Below, piece by piece: positions 27,013 through 35,795 of a DNA stretch of 64,000 bases. Both the position numbers and the translations under genes were made by a program. This stretch comes from Gaiellaceae bacterium (GTDB lineage: Bacteria; Actinomycetota; Thermoleophilia; Gaiellales; Gaiellaceae). Where the stretch lies: assembly GCA_045805965.1 (NCBI GenBank), contig JBJMKF010000016.1, positions 30,908 to 94,907 on the forward strand, given 5' to 3'. Position 1 is the first letter of the stretch. The number at the start of each line of letters is the position of its first letter. The notes beneath the pieces are model-generated. The model saw only the letters and a list, made by a program, of their open reading frames with translations. It was not told the origin of the DNA and did not search any database.

Positions 27013-27303
27013 GTGAAGGCGCCGGACACGCTCTGGGAGCTCGTCTTCCTCATGGTGATCCTCAAGATCCCCATCGCGTATCTCTGCTACGTGGTGTGGT
27101 ACGCGATCAAGGCGGAGCCGAGACGGGGGAGGGGCGGGCTTGCCGGCGTGCGTGTCTTGCCGGAGCCGCCGTCGCCGAGCTTCGATCGTGTCCGCCGGCC
27201 GCCGCGCCGGCGGCCGCAGCGCCCGCACGGAGGCCCCGCTCGGGTCTACGCCCGCACGGCACGCGCCGCAGCTGCGCGCGCCGATAGGATCGCCGATCGT
27301 TGA
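27013..27303 (+). CDS. Small membrane protein (one TM helix, Arg/Pro-rich tail)
   Basis: This is the tail of ORF 26002..27303, the rest of which is antisense to the sigma gene. GTG 27013 gives VKAPDTLWELVFLMVILKIPIAYLCYVVWYAIKAEP. A TACACT box lies 9 nt upstream. Confidence 0.45.
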   Translation: MKAPDTLWELVFLMVILKIPIAYLCYVVWYAIKAEPRRGRGGLAGVRVLPEPPSPSFDRVRRPPRRRPQRPHGGPARVYARTARAAAARADRIADR

Positions 27304-27575
27304 ACGTCGAGAGTGAGGCGTTCCACGAACCGGCTCGCCGGACTTCAGCGGAGACGGTCGCCGGTTACCTCTCCGCAGTAGCGATCTTCGTGAGCCTGGT
27401 CGGGATCGCGTGGCACCCGCTGCGGCTGATCCTTCCGTCGGCCGCGATCGCCTTGATCGCGTCGGGGATGTCCAGCAAGCGCCAGCAGCTTTCGCTTGCG
27501 GCTGTGGTGATCTGCGCCGTCAGCCTCTTCCTCGGGTTCGCGGTCGCGGTGGCCACGAGCCATCCCCTCTGGTAG
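27300..27575 (+). CDS. Small membrane protein (3 predicted TM helices)
   Basis: TTG start overlapping the upstream stop. Hydrophobic segments VAGYLSAVAIFVSLVGIAW, ILPSAAIALIASG, AAVVICAVSLFLGFAVAVA. Confidence 0.5.
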   Translation: MNVESEAFHEPARRTSAETVAGYLSAVAIFVSLVGIAWHPLRLILPSAAIALIASGMSSKRQQLSLAAVVICAVSLFLGFAVAVATSHPLW

Positions 27576-27600
27576 CCGCAGCGCCCCTGCTACAACAGGC

Positions 27601-30444
27601 GTGGTTATGGGACATCCCGACGTCGACGGGCTGAACACCGGGTACGCGGCGCTGCTCCTCGAGCAGTACCTCGACAACCCCAGCGCAGTCCCGGAGGAAT
27701 GGCGCCACCTGTTCGAGAGCGAACCGGAAGCTCTCTTACGCAGCCAACCAGGCCTCGTGCGTTTGCTCGAGCTCGCCGCCGATGGAGACGGCCACGCGAC
27801 TCCGCCGGTCGCAGCGCCACAGCCTCCTCCGCCGGCCCCGCCCGCTCCGGTCGCGGCTGACAAGGAGCTCCTCGGCGGGATCGCCGCTTCGATGGCGCTC
27901 GTCAAGGCGATCCGGATGCACGGCCATCTCGCAGCGCACCTCGATCCGCTCGGATCGGAACCGCCCGGCGACCCCGCCCTCGAACCCGAACGCCTCACGC
28001 CGAAGCTCACTCCGCAGCTGCAGGCGCGCATCCCCGCGCCGCTCCTTCGCCTCCACGTCGAGGGTGAAACGCTCGCCGACGCATACCCGCGGCTGCTCGA
28101 GACCTACACCGGCACGATCGCTTACGAGATCGAGCACATCTCGGATCACGAAGAGCGCGTCTGGTTGCGGCAGGCGATCGAATCCGGCCGCTACCGGCGT
28201 CCGTTCTCGCGGGACGAGCGGGTGCGGCTGCTCAGACGACTGAGCCAGGTGGAAGGAATGGAGCGGTACCTGCGCCGTGCCTTCCTCGGGCAGAAGCAGT
28301 TCTCCGTCGAGGGTCTCGACGTGATGATCCCGATGCTCGACGAGGCGATCGACCTCGCGGCCGGTGGAGGTGCGCACGAGGTCGTGGTGGGCATGGCGCA
28401 CCGCGGCAGGCTCAACGTCCTCGCTCACGTCGTCGGGCGTCCGTACGAGACGATTCTCCGCGAGTTCGAGGGCGAGCGGACGATCGAGGCTGTCGTCTCG
28501 AGCGAGGAGGGAGGCAGTGGCGACGTCAAGTACCACCTCGGTGCGCAGGGAACGCGCTCGACCTCGGCCGGCGACATCACGATCACTCTCGTCTCCAACC
28601 CGAGCCACCTCGAGGCGGTCGACCCGGTCGTCGAGGGAAGGGCCCGGGCGGAGCAGACCGACCGTTCGTCGCGGCAGGGCTACCACGATCCGAGCGTCGC
28701 TCTCCCGATTCTCATCCATGGCGACGCGTCGTTCGCCGGCCAGGGCAGCGTCGCCGAGACCCTCAACCTCCAGGCGCTCGCGGGCTATTCCACCGGCGGC
28801 ACGCTCCACCTGATCGCGAACAACCAGGTCGGCTTCACGACCGACCCGGAGAGCGGGCGCTCCACGCGCTACTCGAGCGACCTCGCGAAGGGCTTCGACA
28901 TCCCGATCGTCCACGTCAACGCGGACGACCCGGAGGCCGCGCTCGCGGCGATCCGGCTCGCGCTCGCGTACCGTCGCCGCTTCGGCCATGACGTCGTCGT
29001 CGACCTCGTCGGTTATCGGCGGCACGGTCACAACGAGCAGGACGAGGCGGCCTACACGCAGCCGATCCTTGCTGCGGCGATCGCAGACCATGCGACGGCG
29101 CGCGAGCAGTTCGCTGCGCGCCTCGTGGCCGAAGGCGACATCACGCAGGCGCAGGCGGACGAGCTCGAGGCGGATGTCGCGACCGAGCTTCGCAGCGCAC
29201 ACGAGGCACTCAAGGAGACGTTCGGGCAGCCGGAGGCTCCGCCGCGCGACGACACGCATGTCCCGGCCGCGACCGGGGACGAGGTCGTCACGGCCGTCGC
29301 CGCCGGCCGGCTGCGTTCACTCAACGAGCAGCTGCTCCGCGTGCCCGAGGGCTTCTCTCCGCACCCCAAGCTGATGCGCCAGCTCGAGCGGCGGCGCGAG
29401 GCGCTCGAGGACGGCGGGATCGACTGGGGGCAGGCCGAGGCGCTTGCCTTCGCCTCGCTCCTCGTCGAGGGCATCCCGATCCGACTCACCGGACAGGACA
29501 CCGAGCGCGGCACCTTCTCCCACCGGCACGACGTCCTCCACGACGTGAACACCGGAGGCACCTTCACGCCGCTTCAGCATCTCGACGACGCAGGTGCGGC
29601 CTTCGAGATCTACAACTCGCCGCTCTCCGAGTACGCCTGCGTCGGCTTCGAGTACGGCTACGCGGCCGCGGCGCCCGAGGCGCTCGTGCTCTGGGAGGCG
29701 CAGTTCGGCGACTTCGTCAACGGCGCGCAGATCATCATCGACCAGTTCATCGCCGCGGGGCTCTCGAAGTGGCGGGAGTCGACCCGCCTGACGCTCCTCT
29801 TGCCGCACGGCTACGAGGGCAACGGGCCGGAGCACTCGAGCGCCCGCCTCGAACGCTTCCTCCAGCTCGCCGCGCAGGAGAACCTCCGGATCGCGAACTG
29901 CACGACCTCCGGCCAGTACTTCCACCTCCTGCGGCGCCAGGCGCTCGACGCGACGGCCCGGCCGCTCGTCGTCATGACCCCGAAGGGGCTGCTGCGGCTG
30001 AAGCAGGCGAGCTCGACGCTCGACGATCTGGCGGGCGGCGAGTTCCGACCGGTTCTCGACGACTCGGGCGCCGACCGCGACCGTGTCGAGCGGCTCGTGC
30101 TCTGCCAGGGCAAGGTCTATTACGACATCACCGGCCACGCCGAGCGCGCGAACGCGCCCGGCGTGGCGGTCGCACGGGTCGAGCAGCTCTACCCGTTCCC
30201 GGGTGAGCGGGTGAAGGCCGTCGTCGCGCGATACCCGAACTTGCGGGAGCTCGTGTGGGCTCAGGAGGAGCCGCAGAACATGGGCGCATGGCGCGCCCTT
30301 CGCCACCGGCTCGAAGAGACGAAGCCCGAAAGCATCCCGCTGCGCTACATCGGACGGCCCTGGCGCGCGAGCCCGAGTGAGGGCTATCCGACCGCGCACT
30401 TGCGGGAGCAGGACAGGATCGTCCGCGCCGCGCTCACGGTTTAG
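27601..30444 (+). CDS. sucA: 2-oxoglutarate dehydrogenase E1 component
   Basis: LLLEQYLDNPSAVPEEWRHLF N-terminus; Ala/Pro linker; GMAHRGRLNVLAHV; IHGDASFAGQG; transketolase-like C-terminal half. Confidence 0.9.
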   Translation: MVMGHPDVDGLNTGYAALLLEQYLDNPSAVPEEWRHLFESEPEALLRSQPGLVRLLELAADGDGHATPPVAAPQPPPPAPPAPVAADKELLGGIAASMALVKAIRMHGHLAAHLDPLGSEPPGDPALEPERLTPKLTPQLQARIPAPLLRLHVEGETLADAYPRLLETYTGTIAYEIEHISDHEERVWLRQAIESGRYRRPFSRDERVRLLRRLSQVEGMERYLRRAFLGQKQFSVEGLDVMIPMLDEAIDLAAGGGAHEVVVGMAHRGRLNVLAHVVGRPYETILREFEGERTIEAVVSSEEGGSGDVKYHLGAQGTRSTSAGDITITLVSNPSHLEAVDPVVEGRARAEQTDRSSRQGYHDPSVALPILIHGDASFAGQGSVAETLNLQALAGYSTGGTLHLIANNQVGFTTDPESGRSTRYSSDLAKGFDIPIVHVNADDPEAALAAIRLALAYRRRFGHDVVVDLVGYRRHGHNEQDEAAYTQPILAAAIADHATAREQFAARLVAEGDITQAQADELEADVATELRSAHEALKETFGQPEAPPRDDTHVPAATGDEVVTAVAAGRLRSLNEQLLRVPEGFSPHPKLMRQLERRREALEDGGIDWGQAEALAFASLLVEGIPIRLTGQDTERGTFSHRHDVLHDVNTGGTFTPLQHLDDAGAAFEIYNSPLSEYACVGFEYGYAAAAPEALVLWEAQFGDFVNGAQIIIDQFIAAGLSKWRESTRLTLLLPHGYEGNGPEHSSARLERFLQLAAQENLRIANCTTSGQYFHLLRRQALDATARPLVVMTPKGLLRLKQASSTLDDLAGGEFRPVLDDSGADRDRVERLVLCQGKVYYDITGHAERANAPGVAVARVEQLYPFPGERVKAVVARYPNLRELVWAQEEPQNMGAWRALRHRLEETKPESIPLRYIGRPWRASPSEGYPTAHLREQDRIVRAALTV

Positions 30445-30452
30445 CTGCCCGC

Positions 30453-30635
30453 CTAGCTGCTGCTGCGGCGCCGGCTGCTCGCGGCCTTCGCCGCGCGCGC
30501 AGCGAGCTTGGGACCGTGCTTCCGTGCGAGCTTCATGAGCTGCCGGCGCTGTGCCGGCGGAAGACGCCGCCAGATGTCCCAGGCGGCGACGGTGAGCGCC
30601 CATGGCGTGGGACGAAACTTGCTCAAGCGTGGCAT
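30453..30635 (-). CDS. Small basic hypothetical protein (60 aa)
   Basis: ATG preceded by AGGA with a 7-nt spacer. MPRLSKFRPTPWALTVAAWDIWRRLPPAQRRQLMKLARKHG. Confidence 0.45.
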   Translation of the reverse strand: MPRLSKFRPTPWALTVAAWDIWRRLPPAQRRQLMKLARKHGPKLAARAAKAASSRRRSSS

Positions 30636-30688
30636 CGCCCCATCCTTGCAGATCGCGGCCGGGCTAAACCGCCCCGCGGTTGCCGCGT

Positions 30689-31789
30689 CTACGTCTTCGG
30701 ATCGTGGTCGTCGTCGTGTGGCTTCGGGGCCGGCGGCGGCCTGTCCGCCGGTGCAGTCTTCGCCTTCGGTTCCGGATTGGGCTTCGGGTGCGGAGCGCCG
30801 TCGACCCGAAGATCGTGGCCGACCGAGTTCCCGGTGCCCACGACCGCGTTCGCATTACCTGTGACCACGAGGTCGTGGCCAACCGAGTTGCCGTCCACCA
30901 CGATCGCGTTGGCGTTCCCCGCGACCACGAGATCGTGCCCGACGTTGCTGCCGCCGTTCGGGCAGCCCCCGATGAGCAACGCGCCGGCGGACGCGAGCCC
31001 GCCGGCGATCACCAGGTCGTGCCCGACCTCCGTGCCGCAGACATTGTTTCCGGTCGACGCGGCAGATCCGCTGAGCCCCTCGATCCGGAGGTCGTGGCCG
31101 ATCGAGTCCCCGCTGATGACGATGCCGGCCGGGTTCTGGGCGACCAGGTCGTGTTGGATGGTCACCGTCGGGTCGATCAGCGTCCCGCCCGGGTCCACCG
31201 TGAGATCGTGGGTCACCGTCGTACCGGAAGTCAGCACGCAGGTCGCGCCACTGGGAACGGTTACGTTCTTGCCCGTGCCGCCGTAGGTCCCGTCGCACAT
31301 CGTCGTGTCTGCCGAGAGCGGAACCGCCACGACCGGTGGTGGTGGCGGTGGTGGTGGAGGCGGAGGAGGAGGCGGCGGAGGCGGAGGCGGAGGCGGAGGC
31401 GGAGGCGGTGTATGTGGCCGACCTCGCGGATGGACTCTGTGGTGCCGCCGCGGGACCTTCGTAGGAGGCGTCGACGGGGTCTGGCGCGTCGTGTGTGTTC
31501 GTGAGACCCTGATCGTCCTCTTCACCACGCGCGTGACGTGCGTAACAGGCCGCGCCGGAGCTTTCCTCGAGCGCGGCGCCTCGCGCCTTCTCGGGGCAGG
31601 GCTGGGAACGGTGACGACGATGCGCGGTGCGGTTACACGTGGCGCAGCGAGATCGAGCCCTTGGCTGGGCTCCGGTTCCACGAGCACGTGGGGAACGAGC
31701 ACGGCACCGGCGAGTACGCCGGCCAGCATGAACGCTGCGAGCACGCGCGCGAAGATTCCTAGGCCCCCGTCTTCCCCGGCTGGCAGCAT
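30689..31789 (-). CDS. Membrane-anchored repeat protein: N-terminal TM helix, basic region, 25-proline run, then a GHDL-repeat (beta-helix-like) domain
   Basis: LGIFARVLAAFMLAGVLAGAVLV anchor; P x25; about 8 repeats of [VI][GTQ]HDL[VRT][VI] spaced 14-20 aa apart; Pro/Lys/Asp-rich C-terminus. Confidence 0.75.
   Translation of the reverse strand: MLPAGEDGGLGIFARVLAAFMLAGVLAGAVLVPHVLVEPEPSQGLDLAAPRVTAPRIVVTVPSPAPRRREAPRSRKAPARPVTHVTRVVKRTIRVSRTHTTRQTPSTPPTKVPRRHHRVHPRGRPHTPPPPPPPPPPPPPPPPPPPPPPPPPVVAVPLSADTTMCDGTYGGTGKNVTVPSGATCVLTSGTTVTHDLTVDPGGTLIDPTVTIQHDLVAQNPAGIVISGDSIGHDLRIEGLSGSAASTGNNVCGTEVGHDLVIAGGLASAGALLIGGCPNGGSNVGHDLVVAGNANAIVVDGNSVGHDLVVTGNANAVVGTGNSVGHDLRVDGAPHPKPNPEPKAKTAPADRPPPAPKPHDDDHDPKT
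30811..30960. repeat. Imperfect 60-nt tandem coding repeat (about 2.5 units) inside the GHDL-repeat gene
   Basis: 30841..30900 and 30901..30960 align base-for-base at most positions (cgaCcgcgtt... / cgaTcgcgtt...). 30811..30840 matches the last half-unit. Confidence 0.7.
31334..31408. repeat. Simple (NGG)25 repeat encoding 25 consecutive prolines on the minus strand
   Basis: Counted codon by codon: cgg tgg tgg tgg cgg tgg tgg tgg agg cgg agg agg agg cgg cgg agg cgg agg cgg agg cgg agg cgg agg cgg. Confidence 0.95.
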
Positions 31790-31955
31790 TTCCCGAGAGA
31801 GGCATGGCCATCGATCGGAACCGTCATGGCGCGAAATATCTCAACTCGGGTGGACGGCGCCCGGAGGCGGCTTTGACACTCTCGAGTGAGAAACGTGCCG
31901 AAATCCCCGTTATCATCCCCGCGGGAGGACGAGCACGACAACGGGAGGAAGCTTT

Positions 31956-32306
31956 ATGCCGGTAGAGACACCGTCCATTTTCGCGCAGGTCATCAGGGAG
32001 CACCTCGACCTGAAGGAGCGCAACGCGCGCCTTGGCAACGCAATGCCGATCGACCGCTACAAGGGCGAAGATCCATTCGACAACCATCCTCTCTTTAAGA
32101 GTGAGGAGCAGGCGCGAATCGAGGAAACGATGGACGGCGTCGAGCCGGACTTCAGCGACGCAAGCCTGGAGAACGTCGTGGAGTGGCCTGGCGAGGAGCC
32201 GCTCGAGGAGGTCACGGCCGAGACTCGGGAAGCCGCTGTACCCGCAATCGCGGAGTCCGCATTCTGGGGCACCGGCGGCGCGCGCGACTTCGACTGGGGC
32301 GACTAA
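31956..32306 (+). CDS. Hypothetical acidic protein (116 aa)
   Basis: ATG preceded by GGGAGGAAG. MPVETPSIFAQVIREHLDLKERNARLGNAMPIDRYKGEDPFDNHPLF. Confidence 0.6.
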   Translation: MPVETPSIFAQVIREHLDLKERNARLGNAMPIDRYKGEDPFDNHPLFKSEEQARIEETMDGVEPDFSDASLENVVEWPGEEPLEEVTAETREAAVPAIAESAFWGTGGARDFDWGD

Positions 32307-32327
32307 GCCTCGCCAGACCGGGGGCGT

Positions 32328-32945
32328 CTAGAGCACCGACGCCACGAGCTTTAGATCGCTGACGAACGCCTCCATCTCCTTGTGGCGTGACTCGTCGTCG
32401 CGCTGGCGGAGGACTGCGCTCGGATGGATCGTCGCCGTGACGTGATCGGCGAGGTCGGATTCGACCCACTCGCCGCGCTGGCGCGTGACCCTAAACTGGC
32501 GGCCCAGTAGGGCCTGTGCGGCTGTCGCGCCCAGGCAGACGAGCACGCGCGGACGCACGACGGCGAGCTCCGCTTCGAGCCACGGGCGGCAGGCGGTGAG
32601 CTCGCTCCAGCTCGGCTTCGCGTGGATGCGGCGCTTGCCTCGCGGCTCCCACTTGAAGTGCTTGACCGCGTTCGTGACGTAGGCCGCCCGACGATCGATG
32701 CCGGCAAGGTCGAGAGCGTCGTCGAGGATGCGGCCAGCCGGCCCGACGAACGGCGTGCCCTGCCGATCTTCCCGGTCGCCCGGCTGTTCCCCGACGAACA
32801 TCGCCACGGAGCTTCGGCGGCCCGCGCCGAACACCGTCTGGGTCGCGTTCTCCCAGAGCGGACACGCCCGGCAGTCGGCTGCCGCCTCGCGCAGCTTCGG
32901 CAGGGTCGGCCGCGCGGGGACCAGGTCGAGGGCGGAATCCGGCAT
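32328..32945 (-). CDS. udgX: UdgX-type family-4-like uracil-DNA glycosylase (Fe-S, KRRIH loop)
   Basis: CRACPLWENATQTVFGAG...FVGEQPGDRED...VTNAVKHFKWEPRGKRRIHAKPSWSELTACRPWL...IHPSAVLR. Confidence 0.85.
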   Translation of the reverse strand: MPDSALDLVPARPTLPKLREAAADCRACPLWENATQTVFGAGRRSSVAMFVGEQPGDREDRQGTPFVGPAGRILDDALDLAGIDRRAAYVTNAVKHFKWEPRGKRRIHAKPSWSELTACRPWLEAELAVVRPRVLVCLGATAAQALLGRQFRVTRQRGEWVESDLADHVTATIHPSAVLRQRDDESRHKEMEAFVSDLKLVASVL

Positions 32946-33110
32946 CTTCAGCGCTTTCCCAGGCCTGACGAGGGCGAAGCATGGGACGTGCGATCACTCG
33001 TACGAGGGACAGGCGCAGCGGACTTTGCACCGATTCTTGATCGGTCCGCTGCGGAACGTCCTTCGGAGGCTAAAAACGGTGCATTTCGACGCGAATCGAG
33101 TAGGGAATCG

Positions 33111-35795
33111 GTGGTGATCCGGCCGAACCATCTCCGGCTGCTCGAGGGCGATGGCGAACCTGGCGATCCCACGCTGGTCGAGTCCTACCGACGCCTCGCC
33201 GACGTCTTCCACGAGGTCCTCGCCGAGCAGAGCCTTGACGCGCTCCTCGTCCGCATCGCGGACGCCGTCGGCGACCTGATCCCGCTCGACACGCTGACGA
33301 TCTACGAGGCCGATGAAGCGAAGCGCGTGCTGAAGCCGGTCCTCGTCCGCGACGTGTACGCCGACGAGATCATGAGCACGACGATCAGCTTCGACGAGGG
33401 AATCACCGGCTGGGCCGCCAGGAACCGCGAGGCGGTGCTCTCGAACCAGGCGCATCTGGACCCGCGCGTGCGCACCGTGCCCGGTACGCCGCTCGAGCCG
33501 GAGGCACTGATCTGCGTCCCGCTCATCGCGCGTGGCCAGATCAAGGGCGCGCTCAACATCTACCGTGAAGGCGACGCGGTCGCCTTCAGCGAGATGGAGT
33601 TCGAGATCGCGAAGCGGTTCGGCGACGCGGCCGCCCTGGCGCTCGACAACGCCGAGGTTCGCGCGCGTCTCGAGCATCAGGCCCGGACCGACTCGCTCAC
33701 CGGCCTCTTCAACCACAGCGTCTTCTACGAGCGACTGCTTCAGTCGCTGCAGGAGTCGAGCCGCACGCGCGCGCCGCTCGCCGTGCTCATGCTCGACATC
33801 GACGACTTCAAGCAGGTCAACGACGTCCATGGGCATGCGGTCGGCGACGAGCTTCTCCGCTTCCTCGCCGAGGCGCTGCGCGCGATCGTCCGCCCGGAGG
33901 ACGGCATCTGCCGACTCGGCGGCGAGGAGTTTGCCGTCGTCATGGAGGACTGCAACGGCGAGGACGCCGTCCGCGTGGCCGAGCGGGTGCAGAAGCGTCT
34001 GGTTGCGGTCGAGTTTCCCGGTATCGGGCAGATGACCGTCTCGATCGGGCTCGCCTTGGGACCCGAGCACGCCATGAACCCGCGCGAGCTCGCGGCGTGC
34101 GCGGAGGCGGCGATGATGACTGCGAAGGCGCAGGGAAAGAACCAGGTCGTTCTCTACGCCGATGATGCGACGCGCCGGCCCGATGCGCCGGGCATCGAGC
34201 GCGACGTCCGCTCCATCGCACACCTCAAGATGTTGCAGAGTCTGAGCGGGAAGCTCAACCGTCTGAACGACGTCCGGGAGATCGGCGACGCGATCGCGGC
34301 CGAGCTCCGCTCGCTGGTCGATTATCACAACTGCCGCGTCTTCGTCGCCGACGGAGACGAGCTGCTCCCCGTTGCATTTCTCGGAGAGCTCAGCTCCAGC
34401 ACAGCGTCTCTATCCCTAGACCTCCTCCGGATCCACGTCGGCGAGGGCATCACCGGCCGGTGCGCCGAGCTCGGCGAGTCGATCGTGGTCGCGGACGCCG
34501 CGAACTGCGAGTTCGGCCGGCAGATCGAGGGCACCGATCCGATCGAGGAGTCGCTTCTGGCGGTGCCGCTCCGTTACGGGTCGCGCGTCGTGGGCGTGGT
34601 CGTCGTCTCGAAGCTCGGCCTGAACCAGTTCGACGAGGACGACGTTCGGCTGCTCGAGGTCCTCGCAGGACACGCGGCCGTCGCCGTCGAGAACGCGAGC
34701 TTGTACGAGTCGGCGCGGCGCGAGGCCGAGAGCGCGACGTCGCTGCTCCAGTTCGGCCGCGAGCTGGCGACTCTCGTCGACCTCGAGGACATCGCCGGCC
34801 GCGTCACCGAGCTCTCGGGGGAGATCCTCGGCAGCCGCCACACATCCTTCTACTTCGCGACCGACGGCAGTCTCTGCCTGCGCGCGGAGCACGGCCATCC
34901 CTCGGAGATGGTTGCGGAGCTTGCCGCGCGGCCGCTGCCGCTCGAGGCTCTCGACGTCGACCGGGACCCCTACATCGCCGAGCCGCGGGACTACGAGCCG
35001 TTGATCGGAGAAGCGCCCGTCCCCGGCGGTCGCTACGCGGTGGCGCCGTTCGTCGTCGACGGCCGGGCCGGCTGCCTCGTTGCGCTCGTCGAGCGGGAAG
35101 ACTTCGGGGAGCGCGAGCTACGACTGCTCGGCGGTCTCGCACAGCAGGCGAAGCTCGCGATTGCGAACGCCTCGAGCTACGAAGGCCTCGAGCGGACGTT
35201 CGTCTCCACGGTCGAGGCTCTCGCCAACGCTCTCGAGGCGAACGACGAGTACACGTCCACTCACGCCCGCTGGATCAAGGATCTCTCGCTGCGCGTGGGT
35301 CAGGAGCTCGGCCTCGACGATCGTGCGCTCAAGCGCCTCGAGCTCGGCGCCCTGTTGCACGACATCGGCAAGATCGGCATCCCGAGCGACGTGCTCTCGA
35401 AGCCGGGGCGGCTCACGGCGGCGGAGCGGACGATCGTGCAGACGCATCCGGAACTCGGTGAGCGGATCATCGCCCCGATCGACCGGCTCCAGGCCGTGCG
35501 GCCGATCGTCCGCCATTGCCACGAACGCTGGGACGGCTGCGGCTACCCCGACGGCGTCGCCGGCGACGAGATCCCGCTCGAGTCGCGGATCATCTTCGTC
35601 TGCGACGCGTACCACGCGATGACGACCGACCGGCCGTACCGGCGCCGCCTCAGCCATCGCGAAGCTGTGCGGAGGCTCGCCGAATCGTCGGGAAGCCAGT
35701 TCGATCCCGACGTGGTCGAGGTCGCGCTACGCGTTCTCGAACTGCCGGCAGAGGAGCTCGAACTGGGCACTCCCGATCCGCCGGAAGCCGCCTAG
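33111..35795 (+). CDS. Multidomain c-di-GMP protein: GAF-GGDEF-GAF-GAF-HD-GYP
   Basis: GTG 33111/33114 is the first plausible start clear of udgX. DSLTGLFNH...RPEDGICRLGGEEFAVV (I-site RxxD plus GGEEF). HARWIKD...LLHDIGKIGIP...HCHERWDGCGYPDG (HD-GYP). Confidence 0.85.
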   Translation: MVIRPNHLRLLEGDGEPGDPTLVESYRRLADVFHEVLAEQSLDALLVRIADAVGDLIPLDTLTIYEADEAKRVLKPVLVRDVYADEIMSTTISFDEGITGWAARNREAVLSNQAHLDPRVRTVPGTPLEPEALICVPLIARGQIKGALNIYREGDAVAFSEMEFEIAKRFGDAAALALDNAEVRARLEHQARTDSLTGLFNHSVFYERLLQSLQESSRTRAPLAVLMLDIDDFKQVNDVHGHAVGDELLRFLAEALRAIVRPEDGICRLGGEEFAVVMEDCNGEDAVRVAERVQKRLVAVEFPGIGQMTVSIGLALGPEHAMNPRELAACAEAAMMTAKAQGKNQVVLYADDATRRPDAPGIERDVRSIAHLKMLQSLSGKLNRLNDVREIGDAIAAELRSLVDYHNCRVFVADGDELLPVAFLGELSSSTASLSLDLLRIHVGEGITGRCAELGESIVVADAANCEFGRQIEGTDPIEESLLAVPLRYGSRVVGVVVVSKLGLNQFDEDDVRLLEVLAGHAAVAVENASLYESARREAESATSLLQFGRELATLVDLEDIAGRVTELSGEILGSRHTSFYFATDGSLCLRAEHGHPSEMVAELAARPLPLEALDVDRDPYIAEPRDYEPLIGEAPVPGGRYAVAPFVVDGRAGCLVALVEREDFGERELRLLGGLAQQAKLAIANASSYEGLERTFVSTVEALANALEANDEYTSTHARWIKDLSLRVGQELGLDDRALKRLELGALLHDIGKIGIPSDVLSKPGRLTAAERTIVQTHPELGERIIAPIDRLQAVRPIVRHCHERWDGCGYPDGVAGDEIPLESRIIFVCDAYHAMTTDRPYRRRLSHREAVRRLAESSGSQFDPDVVEVALRVLELPAEELELGTPDPPEAA

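Noticed and set aside
31305-31420. The GGN/GGA/GGC simple repeat as a possible CRISPR-like or intergenic microsatellite, or as a poly-Gly protein (plus-strand ORF 31305..31889).
   Set aside because: There is no spacer/repeat periodicity. It sits inside a minus-strand gene with an anchor and repeat domains on both sides, where it encodes Pro25. The plus-strand poly-Gly ORF has no other coding features.
32622-33110. Long N-terminal extension of the GGDEF/HD-GYP ORF (ORF-track start 32622).
   Set aside because: It would overlap the entire UdgX-type gene on the opposite strand, and the translation there is Arg/Pro-rich shadow sequence. The first plausible start after udgX is GTG 33111/33114.
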